DNA from: an uncultured Gemmatimonadales bacterium
Lineage (GTDB): Bacteria > Gemmatimonadota > Gemmatimonadetes > Gemmatimonadales > GWC2-71-9
DNA: 64,000 nucleotides
Assembly: GCA_963748815.1 (NCBI GenBank)
Contig: CAVVKJ010000010.1
Location: 416,001 to 480,000 of the forward strand
Reading direction: 5' to 3'
Shown piece after piece: positions 28,418-41,311 of this stretch; position 1 is the stretch's first letter, and each line of letters begins with the position of its first letter. Both the position numbers and the translations under genes were made by a program. Under the pieces are notes generated by a model. That model searched no databases and had not been told where the DNA came from. It saw only the letters and a program-made list of their open reading frames with translations.

Positions 28418-30096
28418 CAGGAGAGTCCCTCGATTCTGCCATCGGGGTAGACCCGCATCCCTTCGGCGGCGGGCGTCTTGCCGAGGCCCGGCATCGTCAT
28501 GATGTCGCCGGCGAGGGCGACCACGAACCCGGCGCCCGCGGACGCATAGACGTCGCGGATCGTGATCCGGAAGCCGGACGGGCGGCCCAGCTTGGTCGGA
28601 TCGTCGCTGAAGGAGTACTGCGTCTTCGCGATGCAGACCGGCGTCTCACCGAGGCCCATCGCATCGAGCTGCTTGATGGACCGCTCGGCGACGACGGTGT
28701 AGTCGACACCGTCCGCGCCGTAGATCTCGCGGGCGATCGTCTCGATCTTCTCCTTGATCGGCATGGCGGCGTCGTAGATCGGCTTGAACTTCCCCTTCTT
28801 CTCCGCCAGCACGTCGAGCACCTCGCGGGCCACCTCCTCGCCCCCTTCCCCGCCCTTCGCCCAGACGTCGCTCAGGGCCACCCGCGCGCCCCACGACTTC
28901 GCCGCGGCGATCACGGCCTCGATCTCCTCCGGGGTGTCGGAGAGGAACCGGTTGACCGCCACGACCACCGGCACGCCGAACTTCTTCACGTTCTCGACGT
29001 GGCCCTGGAGGTTCGTCATGCCCGACCTTCAGGGCGGCGACGTTCGGCGTGTTGAGGGCGTCCTTCTTCACCCCGCCGTGCATCTTGAGCGCGCGGATCG
29101 TGGCGACCACCACGGCCACCTCCGGGTTGAGTCCGCCCATCCGGCACTTGATGTCGAAGAACTTCTCCGCGCCGAGGTCGGCGCCGAAGCCGGCCTCGGT
29201 GAGCACCAGGTCGGCCATGCCGAGCCCGAGTCGCGTCGCCACCACCGAGTTGCAGCCGTGGGCGATGTTGCCGAACGGCCCGCCGTGCACGATGGCCGGG
29301 CCGCCCTCGAGCGTCTGCACCAGGTTCGGCATCAGCGCGTCGCGGAGCAGGAGCGTCATGGCGCCCGCCGCCTTGAGCTCGCCGGCGGTCACCGGCTTCT
29401 TGTCGCGGGTCAGGCCGACGATGATGCGCGCAATCCGCTGCTCGAGGTCGCTCACCGACGTCGCCAGGCAGAGAATCGCCATGATCTCGCTGCCCGGCAC
29501 GATGACGAACCGGTCCTCGCGCGTCGGGCCGCCGTTCAGGTTCCCGAGCCCGACGACGATGTGCCGGAGGGCCCGGTCGTTCATGTCGATGGTGCGGGGC
29601 CAGAGAATGCGGCGGACGTCGATGCCGAGGGCGTTGCCCTGGTGCAGGTGGTTGTCGAGCAGCGCCGACAGGAGGTTGTGCGCCGAGGTGATCGCGTGGA
29701 AGTCGCCGGTGAAGTGCAGGTTGATCTCGTCCATCGGGATCACCTGCGCGTAGCCGCCGCCCGCGGCGCCGCCCTTGACGCCGAAGACCGGCCCCAGGCG
29801 AGGGCTCACGGATGCAGACCATCACCTGCTTTCCCATGCGGCGGAACGCCTGCGCCAGGCCGACGCGTGACCGTGGACTTGCCCTCGCCGGCCGGCGTCG
29901 GGTTGATCCCGGTGACCAGGACGAGGCGGCCTTTCGGCGGGCGGGCGGCGGCGGCTTCCGGCGTGATCTTGGCCTTGAACTTCCCGTACGGGAGGAATTC
30001 GTCCGGCCCGAGCCCCGCCTCGGCGGCGATCTCGGCGATCGGACGGGGGACGGCGGCCTGGGCGATCTCGATATCGGTGGGAAACTTGGGTGTCAC
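28417..30096 (-). CDS. fhs: Formate--tetrahydrofolate ligase (three +1 frameshifts near 29866, 29798, 29021)
   Basis: [69 protein letters not shown]. Confidence 0.95.
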
Positions 30097-30178
30097 GCGC
30101 TCTCTCCGGATGAAGGCAGCAAAGATCTGACGCTGGAACGGTAACCGGCGCCGGGGCGCACGGGAATGGCTGTGCTGT

Positions 30179-30949
30179 TCAGGCGGCCCGCAGCCGGGGA
30201 CCGAACACGCGCGCCGCGTTCCGGCCGGTGCGCGCAATCAGTTCCGCGGACGCCTCGCCACGCGCCGCCGCCACCCGTTCGGCGACGAGCCGCACATAGG
30301 CGGGCTCGTTCCGGTGTCCGCGGTGCGGGACCGGGGCCAGGTAGGGCGCGTCGGTCTCCACCAGGAGCCGCTCGGGCGGCGTGGCGCGGACCAGGTCGTC
30401 GAGGCCCCAGGAGCGGAAGGTCACCATCCCGCTGAACGAGATGTAATGCCCCAGCGCCACCCCGGCCTCGAAGAGCGACGGCCCGCTGCTGAACGAATGG
30501 AGAATCGCGGTCACGCCGGGAAAGGCCTGCAGCACCGCCGCGACGTCGGCGTCGGCCTCGCGGGCGTGAATGACGACCGGCTTCCCCGCCGCGGCCGCCA
30601 GGGCCATCTGCCGTTCGAAGACGCGTCGCTGCACGTCCCGCGGGGAGTGATCGTAGTGATAGTCCAGCCCGATTTCGCCGCAGGCGACCACCCGCGGATC
30701 CTGCAGGGCGGTCGTGAGCCACTCCGCGGTCGCGTCGGTCCAGGTGCGGGCGTCGTGGGGGTGGAGTCCGGCGGTGGTGGAGATGCGGGGCTCGTCGTCG
30801 GCCATCGCGAGGCCGAGGTCGGTGGCGGCCCGGGATTCCCCGATCACCACGAGGTGCCCGACGCCGGCCGAGAACGCCCGATCCGCCGCCTCGGCGCGGT
30901 CGCCCGCGAAGGCGGCGTCGCCGAGATGGCAGTGGGTGTCGACCAGCAC
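30179..30949 (-). CDS. tatD: TatD family hydrolase
   Basis: [36 protein letters not shown]. Confidence 0.96.
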   Translation of the reverse strand: MLVDTHCHLGDAAFAGDRAEAADRAFSAGVGHLVVIGESRAATDLGLAMADDEPRISTTAGLHPHDARTWTDATAEWLTTALQDPRVVACGEIGLDYHYDHSPRDVQRRVFERQMALAAAAGKPVVIHAREADADVAAVLQAFPGVTAILHSFSSGPSLFEAGVALGHYISFSGMVTFRSWGLDDLVRATPPERLLVETDAPYLAPVPHRGHRNEPAYVRLVAERVAAARGEASAELIARTGRNAARVFGPRLRAA

Positions 30950-30953
30950 GGGG

Positions 30954-31928
30954 TCAGACGGTCGGCTGGGCCTTGGCGACGCCGGCCCGGGGTGCGCTCG
31001 CCTTGACGCCGCGCGCGTCGGCCCCCGGCCAGCGCTGCTCGATGGCGAGGAGGAGCGGAGCGGCGATGAAGATCGAGGAGAAGGTGCCGGTGAAGACGCC
31101 GAACGCCATGACGAGGGCGAACGGCCGGATCACCTGGCCGCCGAAGATGGCCAGGGCCAGCAGCGTGGCGAGGGTGGTGCCGTGGGTGAGCACGCTCCGC
31201 GGCAGCGTCTCGTTGATCGAGCGGTTCAGGACCGAGATGAAGTCGTCGCGCCGGTACTTGTGCAGGTCCTCGCGCACCCGGTCGAAGATGATGATCGTGT
31301 CGTTCAGCGAGTACCCGACCATCGACAGCACGGCGCCGACCACCACGAGGCTGACCTCGATGCGCATGACCGCGATGAACACGATCGTGGCCAGGATGTC
31401 GTGCGCCGTCGCGCCGACGGCCGCCAGCCCGAACCGCCACTCGAAGCGCCAGGCCAGGTAGGCCAGCACCGCGAAGAACGAGAGGAAGATGGCCAGGAAC
31501 GCCTGGGTGCGGAGTTCGCCGCCCACCTTCGGACCGACGCCGGCGGAGTTCAGCATGGTGTAGGTCCCGGCGCCCAGCGAGGCGTCGAGCGCCGCGCCGA
31601 CGGCGATGGCCGTGGCCTCGGTGTCGTCGGCGTCGGTGCCTTCCTTGGCCACCCGCGCCCGGATCGAATACTCCTGCGCGCTGCCGATGGTCTGGATCTC
31701 GGAGCCGGGGATGCCCTGGGCGTCGAGGGCCGCGCGCAGCTGCGACGCGTCGAGCGGCTGTTCGCTGCGGATCTGGATCAGCGTCCCGCCGGTGAACTCG
31801 ATGCTGTAGCTCAGCCCGACGATCAGCAGGAAGAGCATGCCGGGCAGGAGGATGGCCGCGGTCACACCGTAGGCGTACTTGCGGACGCCAATGAAGTCGT
31901 AGTTCGCGTTGGCGAAGAATCGGGTCAT
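30954..31928 (-). CDS. secF: Protein translocase subunit SecF
   Basis: IEFTGGT, VGPKVG, HDILA, GYSLNDTIIIFDRVRE, GTFSSIFIA. Confidence 0.97.
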   Translation of the reverse strand: MTRFFANANYDFIGVRKYAYGVTAAILLPGMLFLLIVGLSYSIEFTGGTLIQIRSEQPLDASQLRAALDAQGIPGSEIQTIGSAQEYSIRARVAKEGTDADDTEATAIAVGAALDASLGAGTYTMLNSAGVGPKVGGELRTQAFLAIFLSFFAVLAYLAWRFEWRFGLAAVGATAHDILATIVFIAVMRIEVSLVVVGAVLSMVGYSLNDTIIIFDRVREDLHKYRRDDFISVLNRSINETLPRSVLTHGTTLATLLALAIFGGQVIRPFALVMAFGVFTGTFSSIFIAAPLLLAIEQRWPGADARGVKASAPRAGVAKAQPTV

Positions 31929-31930
31929 CG

Positions 31931-33569
31931 TCAGATGCTCAGCGTAGTGAGGTCAGGCCGCCGCTGCAGCCAGATCATGAAGAAGGTGCGGGTCACGAAG
32001 ACCGCGGTGACCATGGAGGCGATGATGCCCATGATGAGGGTGACCGCGAACCCCTTGACCGGGCCGGTGCCGAACTGGAAGAGGAAGAGCGCCGTGATGA
32101 CGGTGCTGACGCTGGAGTCGATGATGGCGCTCATGGCGTGCTGGAACCCCTCGTCGACCGCGAGGCGGACGGTGCGTCCGTGCACCAGCTCCTCGCGGAT
32201 CCGCTCGAAGATCAGCACGTTGGCGTCCACCGCGATGCCGATCGACAGCACGAGACCGGCGAGGCCCGGCAGGGTGACCGTCGCGTCGAGCATGGCGAGG
32301 CCGCCCAGCGTGAAGAGCAGGTACAGCGCCAGCGCGCCCACCGCCAGCACGCCGCTCAGCCGGTAGTACCCGATCATGATCAGGATGACGACCAGGGTGC
32401 CGATGAGGCCGGCGGTGATGCCGCCGCGGATGCTGTCGGCGCCAAGGCTGGCGCCCACCTGGAAACGCTCCACGATCTTCAGCGGCACCGGGAGGGCGCC
32501 GGCCTTGAGCGTGAGCGCCAGGTCCTGCGCCTCCACGATGGACTTCCCGCCGCCCATCGTGATCTGGCCGTTCCGGTCGATGCGGCCCTGGATGACCGGC
32601 GGCGCGCCCTGGATCCGGCCGTCGAGGACGATGGCCATGTAGTCGCCGATGTGCGCCTGGGTGGCCGCGCCGAACTGCCGGCCGCCGGCGCGGTCGAGCT
32701 CGAAGAGCACGACCGGCCCGTTGGTGAGCTGGTCGAACTGCGGCCGAAGCGTCCACCAGGTTCCGCCCGGTGACGATCGGCTTCTCCTCGACGACATAGA
32801 AGAACCGGTACGGCTGGACCCCGACGCTGAGCGGTGCGGCGGTCCAGAGGATTTCCACCCCGCGCGGCAGGGTGCGCGCGACCTCGGGGATCCGGAGGAG
32901 GCTGTCCACCCGGGGGTAGGCCGCTTCCGGCACGAAGTACTCGCCGGGGACGCCGCTCCCCGCGGCGGAGCCGGGCCGGATCAGGGAGCTCAGCACCCCG
33001 CCGTCGACCGGGGTGGAGTCAGAGGCCGTGGCCGCCGAGTCGCCGCCGAGGAGCGACTGCACCGCACTGGGCGAGGTCTTGCCGGGCGCGGCGGAGATGC
33101 CGAGGCCGCGCAGGGTCCGGTCCATGGCGGGGAGCGCCTTCTCCAGCGCGCTGGTCCGGTCGGTGATCCGGAACTCCAGGAACGCCGCCTTCTGGACGAT
33201 GTCCATGGCGCGCTGCGGGTCCCGGACGCCGGCGAGCTCGACCACGATGCGCTCGTCGCCGACCTTCTGCACCACCGGCTCCTGCACGCCGAATTCGTCG
33301 ACGCGCTTCCGGAGCACGGTGAGGGCGAGGTCGATGTCGCGCGGCACGTCGCTGGAGACCCGGCTCGACTGGTCGAGTTCGAGCCCCAGGTGCATGCCGC
33401 CCTGGAGGTCCAGCCCGAGCTTCAGCGGGATCTTCTTCTCCGTGGTGTCGCGCATGGCGCCGTCGGGCCCGCGCGTGCGGATCGTGACGTCGCGCGGGAA
33501 GAGGCTGTAGACGGAGAGCGCCACGAGGGCGCCGATGATCAGGAGACGGTTTCGGATTGAGGCAGTCAT
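31931..33569 (-). CDS. secD: Protein translocase subunit SecD (frameshift near 32741)
   Basis: KLGLDLQGG, RVDEFGVQEP, AIVLDG, GALP, TLPGLAG, VDANVLIFERIREE. Confidence 0.96.
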
Positions 33570-33591
33570 CGTCGCTGGGCCAGCCGTTGAT

Positions 33592-34530
33592 TCAGGTAAA
33601 CAGAGTTCCGGTCGCGGCCGCGGCCAACGCCGCGCGCGCCGAGGAGCGGTCGCGTTCCAGTTGCGTCCGCAGTGCGTCGAGCGAGGGGAAGCGCTGCACA
33701 TCCCGCAGCCGCGCCACCCATTCCACTTTCAGCCATTCGCCGTAGAGGGAGCCTGCGAAATCGAGCAGGTGCACCTCGAGGGACCGCTCCGCCTGCTGGA
33801 ACGTCGGCCGTCCCCCTTGATTCATCATCCCGTCGGCGCGTCCCCCGCGCCATTCGACCCGGACCGCGTAGACGCCGTCCGGCGGCAGCAGCTTCCGGTC
33901 GGGAACGCCGGCCAGGTTGGCGGTCGGAAACCCGATGGGCGTGCCCCGCCCGTCGCCCGGCACCACCTGCCCCGTGGCGAAGTAGCGCCGCCCCAGGAGC
34001 CGGGTCGCGAGCGCCAGGTCGCCGCCCGCCACGGCCCGGCGCACCAGCGTGCTCGACACCGTGTGGCCATCGACCTCCAGCGCCGGCACCACGTCCACCG
34101 CGAACCCGAGCTCCGCGCCCAGCCGGCCCAGCAGTTGGATGTCACCCTGCCGGCCCTGCCCGAAGCCGTGGTCGTGGCCGATCACGAGCTCGCGCATCCC
34201 GCACCCCTCGACCAGGACCTCCCGGACGAACCGTTCGGGGGGCATCGCCGCCAGCGCCCGGTCGAAGTGCAGCAGCACCGCGTAGTCGAGCGCGGTCTGC
34301 GCCAGGATTTCGCGGCGCTCCGGCCCCGTCGTCAGGAGCAGCGGGGCCGCCGACGGATTCACCACCGCCATCGGGTGCGGGTCGAAGGTGACCAGCACGC
34401 TGCGCCGTCCGGCCGCCCGGGCGCGCGCCGCGATCTCCGTCAACACCGCCTCGTGCCCGCGGTGGACGCCGTCGAAGGAGCCGACCGTCACCACCGTCCC
34501 TTCCCGGTGCGGCGGGAGAAAGGTGGTCAC
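33592..34530 (-). CDS. ribF: Bifunctional riboflavin kinase/FAD synthetase
   Basis: GSFDGVHRGH, TFDPHP, SSTLVR, IGFPTAN, LEVHLLDF. Confidence 0.96.
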   Translation of the reverse strand: MTTFLPPHREGTVVTVGSFDGVHRGHEAVLTEIAARARAAGRRSVLVTFDPHPMAVVNPSAAPLLLTTGPERREILAQTALDYAVLLHFDRALAAMPPERFVREVLVEGCGMRELVIGHDHGFGQGRQGDIQLLGRLGAELGFAVDVVPALEVDGHTVSSTLVRRAVAGGDLALATRLLGRRYFATGQVVPGDGRGTPIGFPTANLAGVPDRKLLPPDGVYAVRVEWRGGRADGMMNQGGRPTFQQAERSLEVHLLDFAGSLYGEWLKVEWVARLRDVQRFPSLDALRTQLERDRSSARAALAAAATGTLFT

Positions 34531-35375
34531 GGCGTCGCGAGCACGACCGTCGGCCTGATCCACTCCCCATCCCCTTCCGCTACGGCAATCACGTCGCTCT
34601 CATCCGCCAGCACGACCGTCCCGGCCGTCACCCCGCGCACGGGGCGCCCGTGCCCGATGTCGACCCGCCCGGCCTCGTCGAGGAGGACCCGCGGCAGGTG
34701 GCTCAACACCGCCCCCAGCGGCCAGGGCCGGGTCGTCGGGGCCAGCTCCTCCAGCGGGAGGGCGTCCTCCACCCGCAGGCTGCCGATCGACTCGCGGCGC
34801 AGCGCGATGAGGTGGGCGCCCACCGAAAGCGCCTCCCCGAGGTCCCGCGCGATGGCCCGGATGTAGGTCCCGGTGCTCACCGTGACCCGGAAGGTCACGT
34901 CGGCCCCGTCGACCGCCAGGAGGTCCGCCGCGTAGACCGTGACCGCCGCCGGCGCGAGTGCCACCACCTCGCCACGCCTGGCCCGCGCGTAGGCTCGTTC
35001 GCCGTGCTGCTTCTTGGCCGAATACGCCGGGGGCGTCTGCGCCTGCACGCCGAGGAAGCCGCGCAACGCCTCGGCGATGCGGTCGCGCCCGGGGAGCGCT
35101 TCCTCGAACGCCGCGCCGACCGGTTCTCCGGTCAGGTCGTCGGTCGCGGTCCGTTGTCCGAGCCGCGCCGTGGCCAGGTACGTCTTGGCCAGTCCGTCGA
35201 GGAACCGGGCCACGCGCGTCCCCTTCCCGAGCAGCAGCACCAGGAGGCCGGTCGCGAACGGATCCAGCGTGCCGGTGTGGCCGATCGACCGCTCGCCGAG
35301 GATTCGCCGCGCCCGGGCCACGACGTCGTGCGACGTGGCGCCCGCCGGCTTGTCCACCAGGAGCGCCCCGGTCAG
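34527..35375 (-). CDS. truB: tRNA pseudouridine(55) synthase
   Basis: LVDKPAGATSHDVV, GHTGTLDPFATG, PPAYSAKK, GTYIRAIARD; apparent CTG start overlapping the rbfA TGA. Confidence 0.96.
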   Translation of the reverse strand: MTGALLVDKPAGATSHDVVARARRILGERSIGHTGTLDPFATGLLVLLLGKGTRVARFLDGLAKTYLATARLGQRTATDDLTGEPVGAAFEEALPGRDRIAEALRGFLGVQAQTPPAYSAKKQHGERAYARARRGEVVALAPAAVTVYAADLLAVDGADVTFRVTVSTGTYIRAIARDLGEALSVGAHLIALRRESIGSLRVEDALPLEELAPTTRPWPLGAVLSHLPRVLLDEAGRVDIGHGRPVRGVTAGTVVLADESDVIAVAEGDGEWIRPTVVLATP

Positions 35376-35731
35376 TCCGGGTCCTCCTGCTTGAGCGACG
35401 CCAGCACCTCGTTGATGCGCGCGGCGTGTTCCAGCCCGCGATCGAGCTCGAAGTGCAGCTCCGGCACGGTGCGCGTGGTGAGCGCCTTCGCGACCTTGGT
35501 CCGCAGGAACCCGGAGGCGCTGCGCAGCCCCTCGAGCGCGCGAAGCTTCGCGTCCTCGTCGCCCTGCACACTGACCCGGATCTTCGCGTGCGAGAGGTCC
35601 GGGGTCACCGTCACCGCCGTGAGCGTCACGAACCCGACGCGGGGGTCGCGGATTTCCCTGGTGAGGGCATCCGCCACCACTTGCCGGAGGTTCTCGGCCA
35701 CCTGTTCCGGACGGCGCGACGACCCTTTCAT
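35372..35731 (-). CDS. rbfA: 30S ribosome-binding factor A
   Basis: IRDPRV, VTPDLSHAK, ASGFLR, PELHFELD. Confidence 0.96.
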   Translation of the reverse strand: MKGSSRRPEQVAENLRQVVADALTREIRDPRVGFVTLTAVTVTPDLSHAKIRVSVQGDEDAKLRALEGLRSASGFLRTKVAKALTTRTVPELHFELDRGLEHAARINEVLASLKQEDPD

Positions 35732-35734
35732 CGG

Positions 35735-38473
<2,739 letters not shown>

Positions 38474-38791
38474 TCATTCCTCCTCAGGGACTTCCCGCGC
38501 CAGGCGGCCCAAACCGTCGGCCAACGCGCGGTCCCGCACACCGGCCACCATCACAGGGGGCCGTCCCAACTGCCTGCCAATCACGTCGGCACTCGGCCCC
38601 GGCACGAGGGGAACGCCCTGCGCCTCGGCCAGCCGGATCACCTTGTCCACCGCGCGAGGGCTCGCGTCCGACGCGACCACCACGCACTTCACCTGCCCCG
38701 ACTGGATCGACCGCCGCACCCCGTCCACGCCGATGACGACGTGCCCCGCCCGCAGGCCGAGGCCGAGCAGGCCGAGCACCCCGCCACTCAC
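38474..38791 (-). CDS. L7Ae/YlxQ family RNA-binding protein
   Basis: LGLLGLGLRAG..VVASDAS..IGRQLG; sits between nusA and infB. Confidence 0.88.
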   Translation of the reverse strand: MSGGVLGLLGLGLRAGHVVIGVDGVRRSIQSGQVKCVVVASDASPRAVDKVIRLAEAQGVPLVPGPSADVIGRQLGRPPVMVAGVRDRALADGLGRLAREVPEEE

Positions 38792-40116
38792 GCGGAGGGC
38801 GCCGCGTCCTCCCCTGCCTCGCTCTCGTCCGTCGTGAGCTCGGTCAGGAAGCCGACCAGCTGGTCCGCCGCCTCCGGCGTCATGCCGGGGACGCGGAGGA
38901 AATCATCGCGCTCGAGGTCGAGCACGTCGTTGAGCATCGTGAAACCGGCGTTCGCCAGCAGCCCGACCAGTTCCGGGGCCAGCCCCTCGAGCTCGGTGAG
39001 CGGCACCTGCAGGGCGATCTCCTCCTCGGGCGGCAGCGGCGCGAAGAGGGGGCTCTCGCCGCCCCGCTCCAGCCACTCGCGGCTCGAGTAGAGGTCGATC
39101 TTCCAGCCGGTGAGCTCCGAGGCGAGCCGGACATTCTGCCCGTTGCGCCCGATGGCGAGCGACAGCTGGTCTTCGTCCACGACGGCGTTGATCGTCTTGG
39201 CGGCGGGGTCGGCGATGACCCGGGCGACGCGGGCCGGGGCCAGCGCCTGCTTGGCGAAGCGCTCCGGATCGGGCGACCACGGCACGATGTCGATGCGTTC
39301 GCCGCTCAGTTCATTCACGACGGCCTGCACCCGCGAGCCCTTGAGGCCCACGCAGGCGCCGACGGCGTCGATGGCGTCGTCGCGGGAAATGACGGCCACC
39401 TTGGTCCGGCTGCCGACTTCGCGCGCGATGGCGCGGATCTCGATGATGCCCTGCTGGATTTCCGGCACCTCGAGCTTGAAGAGCGCCTTGACGAACAGCC
39501 CGTCGGCGCGGCTCAGGATGAGCCGGGGGCCCTTCGGGGTCTCCTCGAGGCGCTTGAGCACCGCGCGGATCGTGTCGCCCTGGTGGAAGTGCTCCCGGTG
39601 GTTCTGCTCGCGGTAGGGGATGATCGCCTCCGCCTCGCGGAACTTGTTGAGCATGATGACGAGCTTGCCGCGCTCGATCTGCTGGATTTCGCCGGAGAGG
39701 AGCTCGCCGACCTTGTCCTCGAACTCGTCGCGAATCCTGGCCCGCTCGCCTTCGCGCACCCGCTGGATGATCCGCTGCTTGGCCGCCTGCACCGCCAGCC
39801 GGCCGAAGGCCGCGAAGGGGATGTCCTCTTCCAGCATGTCGCCCGGCTCGAACTCGGGGTCCTCGAAGCGGGCCTCCTCCACCGACACCTGGCTGGCGGG
39901 GTCTTCCACCAGCTCGACGACCTGGCGCAGCCGGGTCACGGTGAGGCCACCCTTGAGTTCGTCCACGGCCAGCTCGAAGCGGACCGTCGGCCCGTATTTC
40001 CGGACCAGCGCCGCCTGGATGCCGTCGTGCAGGAGATCGAGCAGTTCCGCCCGGTCGAGCTGCTTGGTGGTGGTGAGCTCGCGGAACGCCGCGAGCATTT
40101 CAGTCGAAGTTGCCAT
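38788..40116 (-). CDS. nusA: Transcription termination factor NusA
   Basis: FGRLAVQAAKQ, LEVPEI, AREVGSRTKVAV, GACVG, SLAIGRNGQNVRLA. Confidence 0.98.
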   Translation of the reverse strand: MATSTEMLAAFRELTTTKQLDRAELLDLLHDGIQAALVRKYGPTVRFELAVDELKGGLTVTRLRQVVELVEDPASQVSVEEARFEDPEFEPGDMLEEDIPFAAFGRLAVQAAKQRIIQRVREGERARIRDEFEDKVGELLSGEIQQIERGKLVIMLNKFREAEAIIPYREQNHREHFHQGDTIRAVLKRLEETPKGPRLILSRADGLFVKALFKLEVPEIQQGIIEIRAIAREVGSRTKVAVISRDDAIDAVGACVGLKGSRVQAVVNELSGERIDIVPWSPDPERFAKQALAPARVARVIADPAAKTINAVVDEDQLSLAIGRNGQNVRLASELTGWKIDLYSSREWLERGGESPLFAPLPPEEEIALQVPLTELEGLAPELVGLLANAGFTMLNDVLDLERDDFLRVPGMTPEAADQLVGFLTELTTDESEAGEDAAPSA

Positions 40117-40306
40117 CGTTACTCCATGCCGGTGTCACCGGTCAACCCCGTCGATCGGGGAATACAGATATCGAATGCACACAATTGCGGCCGCACCCGC
40201 CCGGCTCCCCCGCGGGACGACGAGTCGTCCGGCGGACGGAAACCGGCACCCGGGCCCGGCTGACGTCAGCATCGGGTATGGGGTCGGAAGTCGCGTCGCG
40301 GGGTGA

Positions 40307-40367
40307 AAAAAAATGTGGGGGAACTCCCCCACATCAACAGCCGGCCCCGGACTGGCGGCCCCCACAG
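40307..40367 (-). promoter_or_regulatory. nusA-operon leader attenuator (intrinsic terminator with alternative 5' pairing)
   Basis: ATGTGGGGGA-gt-TCCCCCACAT-TTTTTTT; upstream TGTGGGGG can pair with the 3' arm instead. Confidence 0.75.
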
Positions 40368-40373
40368 CATCAA

Positions 40374-40402
40374 AAGATACCCCGTGGACCCCGGGGCGTC
40401 AA
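40374..40402 (-). promoter_or_regulatory. Sigma70-type promoter of the nusA-infB operon
   Basis: TTGACG-17-TATCTT directly upstream of the leader. Confidence 0.65.
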
Positions 40403-40407
40403 TCACC

Positions 40408-41181
40408 TCATGGAGTTGCGAGGGGACGACCCAGGTACGCGATCATCCGCCCGTCCGCGCCCAGCGACCGACGGTGGCTGTGGAAGAGCCCGGCATCGTG
40501 CCCGCTGCAGTGCGGCGAGACGCTGATGTGCCCGACACCCAATTCCATCGCCTGGCGCACCAGCTGCTCCCGCACATCCAATGGCCCCTTCCCTCCGCTT
40601 GGAATCGGAAGCCCGAACGCCTCAAAGACCTCAGAACCTACTTCATAGCATGGGCCACAAATGCCCACCCCGCAGTGCATTACCATGTTTTCAACAAGCG
40701 TCCCATCCCGTCCCTGCAGGAGGCGAACGCCCCGCTCCAGAATTCGGCCGCTGGCACCTCGCCACCCGGCGTGGAGGAGAGCCATCGCACCATTCACCGG
40801 ATCGAGCAGGTAGACCGGGGTGCAGTCGGCCACCGTAACGGTCAGCAGGATGCCGCTGGCGTCCGTCGCGTGGCCGTCCACCCCGTCGAGGAGGAGCCAG
40901 CCCCGACCTCCCTCGTGCCACGCCACCTCGGTGCCGTGGACCTGCCGGCCGAGGGTCACGAGCGGAAATCCCGGCTCGGCGCTCCTGAAGAGGGCCCATT
41001 GCCCCAGCACCCGGCCCACCGGGACATTGCTGGCCAGGCCGAGATCCAGCGGCTCCGCTGACGTGCCACGAGTCGTGACACCCGCCACGACGCCGAAACG
41101 GTCCCGCCAGCCGGGAATTTCCATCCGGGGGACCGGCGCGCCGCGATAGACCTCTTCCCTGACGTTTGCGACCTGGCTCAC
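40408..41181 (-). CDS. pgeF: PgeF/YfiH family (polyphenol oxidase-like) protein
   Basis: QVHGT, VADCTPVYL, LHAGWRG, CGPCYEVG, FHSHRR. Confidence 0.92.
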   Translation of the reverse strand: MSQVANVREEVYRGAPVPRMEIPGWRDRFGVVAGVTTRGTSAEPLDLGLASNVPVGRVLGQWALFRSAEPGFPLVTLGRQVHGTEVAWHEGGRGWLLLDGVDGHATDASGILLTVTVADCTPVYLLDPVNGAMALLHAGWRGASGRILERGVRLLQGRDGTLVENMVMHCGVGICGPCYEVGSEVFEAFGLPIPSGGKGPLDVREQLVRQAMELGVGHISVSPHCSGHDAGLFHSHRRSLGADGRMIAYLGRPLATP

Positions 41182-41200
41182 GGCGCCAATCCAGATGAAG

Positions 41201-41216
41201 TGTGAAACTGGTCACG
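41201..41216. promoter_or_regulatory. Possible CRP/FNR-family site
   Basis: TGTGA-AACTGG-TCACG, 9/10 match to TGTGA-N6-TCACA, in a divergent intergenic region. Confidence 0.35.
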
Positions 41217-41311
41217 CAGGGAGATTGCGCCGGAGTGCGGTCCCCCCGATTATTGGCCCCCGCGGGACGCCGCCGGCGACCTGCACTTCCCCACCCACCG
41301 GAGATGCCACG

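Noticed and set aside
40135..40365. 76-aa ORF as a rimP remnant or leader peptide
   Set aside because: No RimP motifs, it runs through the terminator, and it lacks coding-like codon bias.
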